In this document: positions 1 through 9,118 of the stretch, in pieces
Position numbering within the stretch: the first letter of the stretch is position 1
Layout of the letters: each line of letters begins with the position of its first letter
Source of the DNA: a virus
Strand: one strand, 5' to 3'
Virus record (IMG/VR): IMGVR_UViG_3300042731_007021
Coordinates: 17,162 to 81,161 of that record
DNA: 64,000 bases
Notes under the pieces: generated by a model
Databases searched by the model: none
What the model was told of the DNA's origin: nothing
The model's input: the letters and a program-made list of their open reading frames with translations, nothing else
Program-made: the position numbers and the translations under genes

Positions 1-1
1 A

Positions 2-337
2 ACCCCACCGGGTGGCTACGCTGCCCAATATTTGACTTGACTCGAAATAGGCCCAGCCTGACCCGTCTGCTAATTCCATCTTGACTGAGAATTTAATCCA
101 CACGAGGGCGGCGGGCTGTTCAACGCCGATATAGTGAAAGTCAGCGATTTGGTTTGCCTCCTCTTTGAATGCCTTAACAGCATCTCTGAAAGCTTTGCAA
201 AATGGTTGGGTAGCGAGCGTTATCTTCTCGCTGTTGAATTGTTTGAAATATTTATCAAACAGGGGTTCGATGGATATCAGGCTGGAATAGAGCTTCTGTT
301 CGCCTTTGAGCTTGGTTTGCGTGTCGTATTGTGTCAT
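2..337 (-). CDS. Hypothetical early protein, 3'-truncated by window edge (MTQYDTQTKLKGEQ...)
   Basis: Read manually: ATG at 337-335 with GGAG upstream, frame open to the left edge, downstream of a sigma70 promoter. Confidence 0.6.
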   Translation of the reverse strand, partial: MTQYDTQTKLKGEQKLYSSLISIEPLFDKYFKQFNSEKITLATQPFCKAFRDAVKAFKEEANQIADFHYIGVEQPAALVWIKFSVKMELADGSGWAYFESSQILGSVATRWG

Positions 338-384
338 GGTTGTGTTCTCCGTCTTTAAAGCGTCTTCTCGCTTAACATGTGCGT

Positions 385-414
385 ATGATACAGCAGGATG
401 GGTGCTGTTGTCAA
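385..414 (-). promoter_or_regulatory. sigma70-type promoter TTGACA-18-TATCAT
   Basis: Consensus match upstream of ORF 2-337. Confidence 0.6.
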
Positions 415-635
415 TAAGTGCGATTCTATTTGTCTGGCTTTCTCCTATACAACCTGGTTTGCCATCTCCAGCACTTTTCGTTTAATGGTCCTCAACTCAT
501 GCGGGGATATAACGCCCCGCTTACAAGCTGACTCCATGCGATTCATTTGGGATGCCAGGGCGGGACCGTTGTTTAATTTTATGAGGCGGCGGAAATTTTC
601 AAGGATTTGATTCATGTCTTATTCACTCCTCCTTT

Positions 636-824
636 TTACATTGCACCTAGCATCCGCCAGCAGCGGTTTGTTGCTATGCAATTATTCTTGTCATCGGTTA
701 CGTCGACAAAGGCAGCCTTCCCATGTACATAAATATGGCATTGATTGTTCTCTCCGCGATAAAACCGTATCGGTGCCCCCAAAACAGGGCGGGGGGTGTG
801 CTTTTTCTGTCGCAACAGTTTCAT
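636..824 (-). CDS. Hypothetical protein
   Basis: 62-aa ORF co-oriented with neighbours, GGAG RBS. Confidence 0.45.
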   Translation of the reverse strand: MKLLRQKKHTPRPVLGAPIRFYRGENNQCHIYVHGKAAFVDVTDDKNNCIATNRCWRMLGAM

Positions 825-853
825 ATTTTATTATCTCCTATATAGATAGAGTG

Positions 854-1093
854 TCAGTCAAAATAAAAGCCAATTAACGGATAATGGGCCGCCAGGCTGG
901 ACAATTCATAGTGATTCGTCATCTCCAGAATGCAGTGATTTCGTATATCGTCCATGTGGTCAGCCAAGACTTCAGACTCAATAAATATTTTGTCTGGGCT
1001 CCCCTCACTGCTGTAATGTGGCAATGTTTTTAAGAACTGTAATTCATCGTGGCTGACCATTAAAGCCGCTATTTTTAAAGTTTCCAATGACAT
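854..1093 (-). CDS. Hypothetical protein
   Basis: 79-aa ORF with GGAG RBS in the early operon. Confidence 0.6.
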   Translation of the reverse strand: MSLETLKIAALMVSHDELQFLKTLPHYSSEGSPDKIFIESEVLADHMDDIRNHCILEMTNHYELSSLAAHYPLIGFYFD

Positions 1094-1142
1094 ACTTTAT
1101 TTACTCCGTTACCTGCCAATAATTAAATTTTGGAAGTAGAAG

Positions 1143-1574
1143 TCATTCGGCGCTATTCGATTCCACAACTTCCAGGTCACTATATCCCAGGCTTGCCAAC
1201 TCAGTCAGAAGGGCGCTGTATTCGTCCTCAGTGGCTACCTGCAGGCCTTCTATCAACTCTGGGCTGGAGCCACCGTGTTGGCCTATATGTTGATAACTTG
1301 ATATCAACTGATCCGACCATGGAACCTCAGGGAATAATGCTATAACGTCGCCTTCCTCGAATTTCCTAAATACCACTTTCGTAGTGGGCACATCACACCA
1401 TGATATGTTGTTGGTTCCCCCTTCACAATCTATGCACCAGCTGTCCTGGTCGTAAACGACCAATGTTTCAAACCTCTGTTTTTCTATATTCCATTCCGAT
1501 ATAGAATCGAAACTTATATTGGATGACCCGCAATGGTTGCATACCGGTTGACGTTTTTTGGGTGTGCTGTTCAT
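1143..1574 (-). CDS. Hypothetical protein with N-terminal Zn-ribbon
   Basis: CNHC...CIDC motif; AGGAG RBS. Confidence 0.7.
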   Translation of the reverse strand: MNSTPKKRQPVCNHCGSSNISFDSISEWNIEKQRFETLVVYDQDSWCIDCEGGTNNISWCDVPTTKVVFRKFEEGDVIALFPEVPWSDQLISSYQHIGQHGGSSPELIEGLQVATEDEYSALLTELASLGYSDLEVVESNSAE

Positions 1575-1587
1575 TGTTAGATTGCTC

Positions 1588-1845
1588 CTATAAAGGCCGC
1601 ATTAGTGCGGCTTCCAGGGTTTTAAATTTTTGGTGATGGTAGTAATGCCCATCAATCAAATCAGCCGTTTGCCATTCCCCGTCCCAAAGCGCCTTAATCG
1701 GCCAAACGTTACGCTTTCCTTTTGTGAGGACAACGCCCACCATTGGGCTATCTGCTACAGTAAACCCAAGCGATTCGGCAAACCCCATTTGCGATTCGGT
1801 TAAATAAAGTGACAAACCCATTTCATTTTCTCCTATACAGGTCAA
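1588..1845 (-). CDS. Hypothetical protein
   Basis: ORF overlapping the stop codon of the methyltransferase gene (translational coupling). Confidence 0.6.
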   Translation of the reverse strand: MTCIGENEMGLSLYLTESQMGFAESLGFTVADSPMVGVVLTKGKRNVWPIKALWDGEWQTADLIDGHYYHHQKFKTLEAALMRPL

Positions 1846-4112
1846 TGAATATTTAAGCTTGAGAAGGTGGCCAGCACTGTGCTGACTCCTGTCCCTGACT
1901 CTTTAAATGTGCCAGGGGGCAACTCTTCCCAGTGGTCTGCGATAGGTTGTAACTGTTCTACCTGCTTTGGACCTCCCGCGCAGATAGCCACCACCGTGCC
2001 CCCTGGCTTGACGAATTTTAGCGCGTGTTTGATGTGTGCTATATCCTGCCACTTTTCGAAAGGAGGGTTCATGATAACGGCATCATATAGGCCAAAAACA
2101 TTCAATTTCAGGAAATCGTCGAATATAAGATTATGGCCTTTCAATTCCAGAATCTCGCGCAATGTGTGATTAATCTCACAACAGTCCACATCGGCCCCTT
2201 TTTCCCTCAGCTTGTCAGCAATTGCCGCACTGGCCGCTGATGGTTCCAAAACCTTAGGCCTGTCATCAGGGTCACTGAAATCCAGACCGGAATAGTCAAT
2301 CATTTTATCCACAATATGCGCCGGCGTCGGAAAATACCCAGGGATGTTAGAGAATTGCAGGCTGTTAATTTTCATGCGCAAGGCGTCGGCCTGCTCATCC
2401 TGTTCCGTCCTTTTCTCCTTTAAAAGGTTCCATAGAGCCACCGTGGTTTTATCGTCACTCCGTGGCTTGCCAGTGCCTACCCGGTAAGAATGATAACCGT
2501 TCGGGATGTTTTCGCATTCCTCAGCCATGCAACCGTAAACGGCTTTTTTAGTCTTGATGTGCTGCAATTCAGGCGGGACGGTGCCTCGTTCGTGAAGGTC
2601 CGCAAGGGCATACAAGGCTTTTTGCGTCCTCTGCAGGCGGTAACCCTCCAGGCGGGCGTGTTCGGCCTGTGCTAACCGTTTCGGCGTGTTCGTGAGTCGA
2701 TCCGCTAACTTATCATTAACCTGGTTAGTCAACCTATCCGCCATGGCGCGAAGATTCGCGGCGGTAGCGGCGGTAGCGGTGCTTTTGCTCTCTGTGGCTG
2801 GCTTTTGGCTGTCAGGGGTGCGGACAGTAGTGCCCTTTCCCGGTCCGCTTCCGTCCGGGTCATCATCAGGCGAAACGGCCGTGTAACGTTCTGGCAGGCT
2901 GTCGGTCTTACCGTACCAGCACCCGTTGTATCGTGACCAGCGGAAGCCGTGAGCCTTCAATTCGTCGCGGGTGGCTTCGTCCGGCTTTGCATTGAATACA
3001 ATCTCAGTGAACCCCGGCTTCGTGCCCGGCCGGGTGGTGAATTCCTGGGGGCCAGCTGTAGGGGCGTTGTCGGCGTTGGATTTCCGGCTGGACTTCACAA
3101 TGCTTGAAGGAATGGCCCATGCTCCTACTGGTACGCTCTCAGGCTTGGCGGGAGCGTCTTTGTAACTTAGAGCCAGCTTTTTTATGGTCCAGCCGCTTGA
3201 GTTGGAGTGATTGCCGGGCTCTGTCAGGTAATAGCCGCTGCCCATGCTGTACTTTTCCCGGTGTTCCGTTTCTCTTTCACTGATGCGCCATCCGAAGCCA
3301 ATGGATTTATCTTCAAAAGTGATTGAATGTAAGGGGTGGGCGTCCGCATAGGCTTGCGCTTCGGCTTCGCTGTTGAATAACGTGGCGGGCTTTACTTCAT
3401 CATGCCAGTGTGATTGCTCTCCCTTGTAATGATAGGAACCGTTACTATAGAACTCCTCCTCAATGGCCGGATAAGCCTCAAACCAGCGGAGGGCCATACC
3501 GCGGACGGCTTGCGGGAGTTCGGTCCCGTCTTCCATTTGAGCATTAGCGGCGGCTTTGCGCATCTCGCTAAAAATGTCGCGGGTGTGAGTTGACCAGGCT
3601 AGAATGATGAACTCTTCCCCGTGGCTGGCGAAGTAGTCTGTCATAATGTCGGAATCATTCACGCGGCGTTCAGCCACAATCACGGCCTTTGCATTGGCCG
3701 GCATGCGTTGGCGGACTTGTTCAGTGAACTTGTCGCGGCGTTTCTGCGCCTGTTCGCGTTCGATCTCCTGTTGACGTATGCGGGCCTCCTGGCGCTGTTG
3801 TGCCTGGGTTAACTTTTCGGCGGCTTTGGCTTCGCTGATCGGCTGCACTTGATAGCGTTCGGCCTGTTGTGCGTAATCCTTTGCGCTGTATTCGTCCAGT
3901 TCGGAGGTCTCTCCGTCTTCCCATGCAATTAGAATCTCGCTGTTTACAGGCTTCAGGCCGTGTGATCCGAATATTGACATATTGCCGCCGGTGTCGCTGA
4001 TCCGGCAAATATAGCCGGTTCGGCTGTTGGCTGCGTCGTAGTGAGCTACAGGCTGTCCAATGTAATAGGGCGCTGCCTGGGTGATGTCGGAGTTTTGTGC
4101 CGGGTTGTTCAT
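1842..4112 (-). CDS. Multidomain (polyvalent-type) protein with C-terminal SAM-dependent N6-adenine-type DNA methyltransferase domain
   Basis: YFPTP, VLEPSA (motif I-like), IMNPPF (motif IV), LKFVKPGG and FKESGTGV in the last ~170 aa; ~580-aa N-terminal extension. Confidence 0.8.
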   Translation of the reverse strand: MNNPAQNSDITQAAPYYIGQPVAHYDAANSRTGYICRISDTGGNMSIFGSHGLKPVNSEILIAWEDGETSELDEYSAKDYAQQAERYQVQPISEAKAAEKLTQAQQRQEARIRQQEIEREQAQKRRDKFTEQVRQRMPANAKAVIVAERRVNDSDIMTDYFASHGEEFIILAWSTHTRDIFSEMRKAAANAQMEDGTELPQAVRGMALRWFEAYPAIEEEFYSNGSYHYKGEQSHWHDEVKPATLFNSEAEAQAYADAHPLHSITFEDKSIGFGWRISERETEHREKYSMGSGYYLTEPGNHSNSSGWTIKKLALSYKDAPAKPESVPVGAWAIPSSIVKSSRKSNADNAPTAGPQEFTTRPGTKPGFTEIVFNAKPDEATRDELKAHGFRWSRYNGCWYGKTDSLPERYTAVSPDDDPDGSGPGKGTTVRTPDSQKPATESKSTATAATAANLRAMADRLTNQVNDKLADRLTNTPKRLAQAEHARLEGYRLQRTQKALYALADLHERGTVPPELQHIKTKKAVYGCMAEECENIPNGYHSYRVGTGKPRSDDKTTVALWNLLKEKRTEQDEQADALRMKINSLQFSNIPGYFPTPAHIVDKMIDYSGLDFSDPDDRPKVLEPSAASAAIADKLREKGADVDCCEINHTLREILELKGHNLIFDDFLKLNVFGLYDAVIMNPPFEKWQDIAHIKHALKFVKPGGTVVAICAGGPKQVEQLQPIADHWEELPPGTFKESGTGVSTVLATFSSLNIH

Positions 4113-4175
4113 TGTTGGATTGCTCCTATTGTGTCGTTAATCTTTAAAGCGTCTTTCGCTTTGTCTGTGTTGCTT

Positions 4176-4415
4176 ATATTACATTAACTATAATGATGTA
4201 GTCAATATTTATTTTCTTGTTTTTATGCTTTGCTTGCCGGGCAAAGCATAAGGATGCTGTTTTGTTTGTCAAGTGCAATTTTTACAACTTTTGTAAAATC
4301 CTTGACCGGCGCGCCTGGGAAAGTTGCTGAAAACAGGTTGTTTAAATCTTGTTAAATCTTCGTTTTATGCTTTGCTTGCCGGGCAAAGCATATAGGTATA
4401 AATTTGATTTGTCAA
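4176..4415 (-). promoter_or_regulatory. Three tandem leftward sigma70 promoters
   Basis: TTGACT-18-TAATAT (4205-4176), TTGACA-16-TATGCT (4272-4245), TTGACA-17-TATGCT (4415-4387). Confidence 0.7.
4221..4392. repeat. 30-bp direct repeat (4221-4250, 4363-4392), each copy an inverted repeat TATGCTTTGC-N7-GCAAAGCATA
   Basis: ttttatgctttgcttgccgggcaaagcata occurs twice, overlapping the -10 boxes. Confidence 0.9.
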
Positions 4416-5227
4416 ACTTTATTTTTCTGGAGGTTTCCCCAGGAATGGCGCTGAATCGCTCCTATATAGATAGAAAAATTGGGTTTATGCAGGGTTTTTA
4501 GTTTGAATGTCTGATTAAGTGGCTTGGTTGGTTTGATGTTGAATGTGGGGGGATATGTAGCACGAAGCACGAAAATAAAAAAGTTGTGATTTCAGGTTTG
4601 CTGTGGATAAAATTTGGAGGTTCTAAAGCTGCCAGTTTTATGTGGGGCTGTTTTGGTGTGGGTGAGCCTGGATGATCGACTTTTGATAAGCTGAATTTAT
4701 ATGATAATAAGTAGTGAGAAGAAATAGAGAACTGGTTATTTTTTATACAATCTGTTTAAAATCAATGATTTAGTTATAGTGGGGTAGTACTCCGTTTTCA
4801 AACCGTGTTTACTACCCACCCAAAGTATTGGCAAAAAACGAGAATCTATTTTTTGCCGAAAATTTTTGTTTTCGTTTTTTTCCATTTACTTTTTGATAAT
4901 CTTGATCCCGCAAACGTTTTCGTTTTAGGGCGCTATTACTACTCTATTCTTTTTTTATGTTTATTATTTTTATATAAATAATTAAATATTTAATGTTTAT
5001 ATATAAAAGTAAAAGGATTGTAAAAAATGGATAGAAACCTAAGTTTTTAGATTGGTAATTTATTGTAATGATTGTTGTTGTTGGCCGTGGCTGAAAATTT
5101 TGGGTTTTTCATGGATGCTTTGATGTTGTAGGTTTTTGGTAAATGCGAATGATTCTTGGTTGTATTCGAATTCTCATTTATGCTTTTCTTTGGGTTTATA
5201 GGTTTTGGATGGTATCCCAGGCGAAAA

Positions 5228-5259
5228 GAAACGCGATAGATTCAAATCTATCGCGTTTC
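5228..5259. repeat. Perfect 15-bp inverted repeat with 2-nt loop
   Basis: gaaacgcgatagatt-ca-aatctatcgcgtttc. Confidence 0.85.
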
Positions 5260-5459
5260 AAGGCTTCAGGCTTAGTGAATAGGATCAATGGTTGATCAAT
5301 TCTAAGCGACTGTGACGCGTTCTAATCGATTTTTGATGGTAGGCTTTACCATTGTCGGCGATTAGATAAAGTTTGTTGTGGCGTAATTCAAAGCCGATTA
5401 TTTGCCCAACTAATTGGCGCGCCCGGTTATATAGTTTCCGATTGATTGTGTTCATGGTT

Positions 5460-5654
5460 TTAATCCTGGGTTTCCTCGATCGTTAAATAAAAAGGATTCA
5501 GGTTATACTTGTCTATTAATATTCCTTTAGCGGATTCAACTGAATCCGCTTCAATGGTGAATCCTTCATTTTTTGCGCCGAAAGTGCGGACATAATTACC
5601 GGACCATGTGATTGGTCGAAAAGATGCCATATTATGTTTAACGTTAAATTTCAT
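5460..5654 (-). CDS. Hypothetical early protein (start revised to MKFNVKHN)
   Basis: GGAG RBS before ATG at 5654. Confidence 0.6.
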   Translation of the reverse strand: MKFNVKHNMASFRPITWSGNYVRTFGAKNEGFTIEADSVESAKGILIDKYNLNPFYLTIEETQD

Positions 5655-5671
5655 GATTCTATTTCTCCAAG

Positions 5672-5884
5672 TTATGCCGCTTTTTTCTGAAATCCCCGAT
5701 ATTCGAATTCTAACGCCTTGATTTTTTCGAATTGGCATCTAGGCAAATTATTTTTTAGCTGAAGTTCATATCGCGCATATTCAAACCGGTCTTTTCTTTT
5801 TAGCGCGTTGAGATGTAATGCAGCCATTCTATTCAGTGAATTTTCAGCGCGGGCAAATATTTGAGTTTGGTTGATTAGTGTCAT
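5672..5884 (-). CDS. Hypothetical early protein
   Basis: 70-aa ORF with CGAGGAA RBS. Confidence 0.65.
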   Translation of the reverse strand: MTLINQTQIFARAENSLNRMAALHLNALKRKDRFEYARYELQLKNNLPRCQFEKIKALEFEYRGFQKKAA

Positions 5885-6014
5885 GATAAGGTTCCTCGTT
5901 TGTGTCGTTTAGATATTTGCGTTCTCTATAGCGTTAATCCGGCATAAAACAAGCCGGCAAAAAACGCCAAGAAAAGAAACGCAAGCAATAAATCGTAAAA
6001 GAATGAAATGATTT

Positions 6015-6629
6015 TCATATCATAGATCCGTCCGAGTAAAACTCGTGCTCATTGATCAAAATTGACTCCTTTATAGCTTCATCGCTGTTTTGATACTCTA
6101 TATCTTGCTCCCAATCAATCCTGAAGGATTCAATAGAATCATTGATAATATCTTCGATATCTTGGCTGTCAGGCTTTTCGACAAAGTCCAGAATTGGATT
6201 TAACAACGAATAGTCGGCGCAAAATCCGGTAAGAGAATTATATTCGAATTGGATGTTTGAATGCCTGAATTTGTAATTATAACGGCCGTTTATGTAGTCA
6301 CCTTGTGTGCTGTAGTACTTGCCTTTTCTGAACAAAGGCAGCCAGTTATTAATAATCCAAGTTCTCAGGCGTAACCCTGTCAATTCAGTGTTTTCGATCT
6401 CTTCGAAATAATCAGGAATATCTATATTAATGTAACTATTCCCCCAAAGGCATATATAATAATCCTTCACTCTGACCCCTATAAGATCACAGAATTTGTT
6501 AAGGCTGTCCCGGTATTCATCGCCTCCGGTATATTCGAAACCTTGGGCTCTCCAGTTTTCAATGGCTTTTTGTTGAGCTTCTTCGCTTAACTCTTCAAAT
6601 GAATAAATGGTTATTGTTTCTGTTCTCAT
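6015..6629 (-). CDS. Hypothetical phage early protein (acidic/aromatic)
   Basis: 204-aa ORF, YSFEELSEEAQQKAIE N-terminus, CGAGGAA RBS. Confidence 0.75.
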   Translation of the reverse strand: MRTETITIYSFEELSEEAQQKAIENWRAQGFEYTGGDEYRDSLNKFCDLIGVRVKDYYICLWGNSYINIDIPDYFEEIENTELTGLRLRTWIINNWLPLFRKGKYYSTQGDYINGRYNYKFRHSNIQFEYNSLTGFCADYSLLNPILDFVEKPDSQDIEDIINDSIESFRIDWEQDIEYQNSDEAIKESILINEHEFYSDGSMI

Positions 6630-6662
6630 GATATTTTTCCTCGTGTCGTTAATTCCTGAAAA

Positions 6663-7001
6663 TTAATTAAATAGTCTGTCGCCGTAGTCGTAATCCGGAT
6701 TACCTACACAAACGGTTCCCAGGCATCCGGGCGCGTCGTCGAATTCATCGCGCTGAATCATCCAGCATTCCCTGGTGAATGGTGTTGGGGATACCCGTTC
6801 GTTACGTGTCATGCTCCAATTAGAGGCGTAAGTGGTGACCTCGGATTTTTTGATAGCTCGGCAATCCCATGTGTTACCTGACCAATGGTTATACCCATCG
6901 TTTTCCTCGACAAATTGGTCCCGCGAACTCTTGCTGCTAAACACGTACACGTCCCAGGTGTTGGAAAACCCTTGTTTATTTAATGCTGCATAATATTTCA
7001 T
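6663..7001 (-). CDS. Hypothetical early protein
   Basis: 112-aa ORF, CGAGGAA RBS. Confidence 0.7.
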   Translation of the reverse strand: MKYYAALNKQGFSNTWDVYVFSSKSSRDQFVEENDGYNHWSGNTWDCRAIKKSEVTTYASNWSMTRNERVSPTPFTRECWMIQRDEFDDAPGCLGTVCVGNPDYDYGDRLFN

Positions 7002-7074
7002 GATGTTAATTCCTCGTGCGTTAAATTTATTTAATAGCCTATCTCTTCAGCGCTAGTCGGCCAATGCTAGCGGA

Positions 7075-7096
7075 CCCGGCTTAAAATGCCGGGTTT
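7075..7096. terminator. Hairpin, possible terminator or processing site
   Basis: acccggc-ttaaaat-gccgggt between early genes. Confidence 0.4.
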
Positions 7097-7106
7097 CGAA
7101 TTTATG

Positions 7107-7340
7107 TCAAACATCCATTTTCCCAGCATTAGCCGCAACCAATGCTGAACAATTGACCCGCTCGATTTTGTCCGCAAGATCGCCGAAGCCGTCCCGGCGC
7201 GCGGAATTCGCCTGCATGCTGCAATAGCGAGCAAATACAGCTGAATCGTGGTTAAAATTTCCCCCAGGGTTTGCGGGATCTAGCGAGCAAATGTAGTTTG
7301 TTTCGCCTTGCCAAAAAGTGCGAGATTGTGAGATTCTCAT
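7107..7340 (-). CDS. Hypothetical early protein
   Basis: 77-aa ORF, CGAGGAAATTAAAA leader. Confidence 0.65.
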   Translation of the reverse strand: MRISQSRTFWQGETNYICSLDPANPGGNFNHDSAVFARYCSMQANSARRDGFGDLADKIERVNCSALVAANAGKMDV

Positions 7341-7368
7341 TTTTTAATTTCCTCGTGTGTTGTTGGGA

Positions 7369-7740
7369 TCAGTATCCGCGGGCTGTACGGCGGTTATAAT
7401 CTTCTACAGCCAGCTCAAGACCCTCTCCGAAATAGTGGCCATTGCTGCAGTGCCCATCAGCATCTAAAGCCCAGGTAACAAAATCAACCTCAGTTCGCGC
7501 CAGCACTATGACCCCATTAGTGCTTATAACTAGGGCCGTGTTAGGCAGCGTGTCCCCAGGTTTTAAGTCTGGGTTAGGTGTTTTGTCGGTCCAGCTGTAT
7601 GATGTGCCGTAAGCCGATACAGTCTCTTTCAAGGTCCGGCCGGTCATGTTGCTATAGTCTGCTATTGCCTTGTCAATGTCTGTGTAGCCTTGATTTTTAG
7701 CACGAGAGAGAGCGCGTTCGATGTGAGAAGAGTATTTCAT
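7369..7740 (-). CDS. Hypothetical early protein (start revised to MKYSS)
   Basis: GAGGAAATTAAA leader before ATG at 7740. Confidence 0.7.
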   Translation of the reverse strand: MKYSSHIERALSRAKNQGYTDIDKAIADYSNMTGRTLKETVSAYGTSYSWTDKTPNPDLKPGDTLPNTALVISTNGVIVLARTEVDFVTWALDADGHCSNGHYFGEGLELAVEDYNRRTARGY

Positions 7741-7741
7741 T

Positions 7742-7936
7742 TTAATTTCCTCTGTGTGCAATACGCTCAATAGAACGCTCACATTGTTCTATTAGCTGCT
7801 GTTTATTACGCCTAGACATTTGCCGGACCTTAAACGAATCCTTCCTTGCCGGGTGTGGCAGGTTTAAAAAGTCTTGCACAATTACCTGCGCTAATTCGGT
7901 TTTTGTCCAATTGTTTAAATCACCTAAATTTCTCAT
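7742..7936 (-). CDS. Hypothetical early protein
   Basis: 64-aa ORF filling the operon. Confidence 0.6.
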   Translation of the reverse strand: MRNLGDLNNWTKTELAQVIVQDFLNLPHPARKDSFKVRQMSRRNKQQLIEQCERSIERIAHRGN

Positions 7937-7947
7937 TTCATTGACCC

Positions 7948-8151
7948 TTACTGTAAGTTCTCTTCCAATTCTTCCAGTTCGACGGAACCGGATAATGCGG
8001 CCAAAGCTTGATCTATTCCATGGGCGTATTCGTCACCAGTGGCATAATAACGATCAAATGCACATTCGTATATTTTCTCCAGTGCCTGCTTATCGTCATC
8101 TGTGAGGGTGTTTAGATGGTTAATGATTTTGTCTACTATAGTGGTGGTCAT
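7948..8151 (-). CDS. Hypothetical early protein
   Basis: 67-aa ORF, CGAGGAAATTAAA leader, first gene after promoter. Confidence 0.7.
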   Translation of the reverse strand: MTTTIVDKIINHLNTLTDDDKQALEKIYECAFDRYYATGDEYAHGIDQALAALSGSVELEELEENLQ

Positions 8152-8200
8152 TTTAATTTCCTCGTGTTGTTGGTTAAAATTTCATCTTTCTGTACCCCTA

Positions 8201-8228
8201 ACTATAGACGCTATTTTATAGCAGTCAA
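8201..8228 (-). promoter_or_regulatory. Leftward sigma70 promoter TTGACT-16-TATAGT
   Basis: Near-consensus boxes upstream of the leftward early operon. Confidence 0.6.
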
Positions 8229-8282
8229 GTTGATGTAATGAATAAAGTGTGACCTAGGTCAAGTTTTTGATTATTGGTACTT

Positions 8283-8352
8283 GGGGGAGGGAAAGGACAG
8301 CCGACCTGGGAGAGGGAAAGGACAGCCGACCTGGGAGAGGGAAAGGACAGCC
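8283..8352 (+). repeat. Tandem repeat, 25-bp unit x2.8 (gggagagggaaaggacagccgacct)
   Basis: Units at 8283, 8308, 8333 with no spacers. Confidence 0.9.
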
Positions 8353-8590
8353 AGCTGCACAGTTAAGGGGCCAATGTGACGATAATGGGGACGGAGTAGC
8401 CAATTAACGGGTCATAGTGTCGTTACTCTGTCACTTTATTTGATAATGGTACCAGAGTGATGAATTAAAGGGCCAGAGTGGTGCGAGTCTGGAACCTTTT
8501 TGACCCCGGCACCTTATTTTTAATGGTCGGGGCGGAGGAGCAGAGCCTATAGGCCCACCTCTGAAAATTCCACAAAACCAAAAACACTTA

Positions 8591-8620
8591 TTGACACTCC
8601 CACAACAACTCCCTTATACT
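8591..8620 (+). promoter_or_regulatory. Rightward sigma70 promoter TTGACA-18-TATACT
   Basis: Near-consensus; shares CCTTATACT with promoters at 9603 and 14793. Confidence 0.7.
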
Positions 8621-8673
8621 CTCACAAACCAAACAAACCATAGACCTAAGCCGAAACAGAGGTCAAATCCACC

Positions 8674-8856
8674 ATGCCAGACATTGAAATAGCAGTAAAA
8701 GTCATAGCCAGAACAAAGAAAGCCTTATTAATATACGACGGTAATATAGAGTGTTGGATTCCCGAATCCCAAATCAGCGACTATTCAGGGGATGAAGCCT
8801 CTCCTGACACTATATTCGTTCCTGAATGGCTGGCTGAAGAGAAAGGGCTGATATAA
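8674..8856 (+). CDS. Small hypothetical phage protein
   Basis: WIPESQI...VPEWLAEEKGL, a pattern common in small phage proteins; GAGG RBS. Confidence 0.7.
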   Translation: MPDIEIAVKVIARTKKALLIYDGNIECWIPESQISDYSGDEASPDTIFVPEWLAEEKGLI

Positions 8857-8901
8857 CCAGGCCAACGAAGTTAAACTAACCCCCACAGAGACCAAACCCA
8901 C

Positions 8902-9117
8902 ATGCCAGACAAAGCAATAGCCTCCCCCGACCCCGAGTTCTACGACCAGATCATCTACGCCCTGAGACGGCAACTCACCCGCCTGGATGAATTGGCCGAT
9001 CAACTTCACGACGCCCGTGACTACGCAGCCGAATTCCCTTACGAAGACGCCAGGCGGATGGAGGAGGCTATCGGAATTGTGGAGTTGGTCAAGGGAACGG
9101 TTGTTGGCGGCAAATAA
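8902..9117 (+). CDS. Hypothetical protein
   Basis: 71-aa helical ORF in operon. Confidence 0.55.
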   Translation: MPDKAIASPDPEFYDQIIYALRRQLTRLDELADQLHDARDYAAEFPYEDARRMEEAIGIVELVKGTVVGGK

Positions 9118-9118
9118 G

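Noticed and set aside
8283-8352. Possible CRISPR array
   Set aside because: Repeats are head-to-tail with no unique spacers, and no cas genes are present
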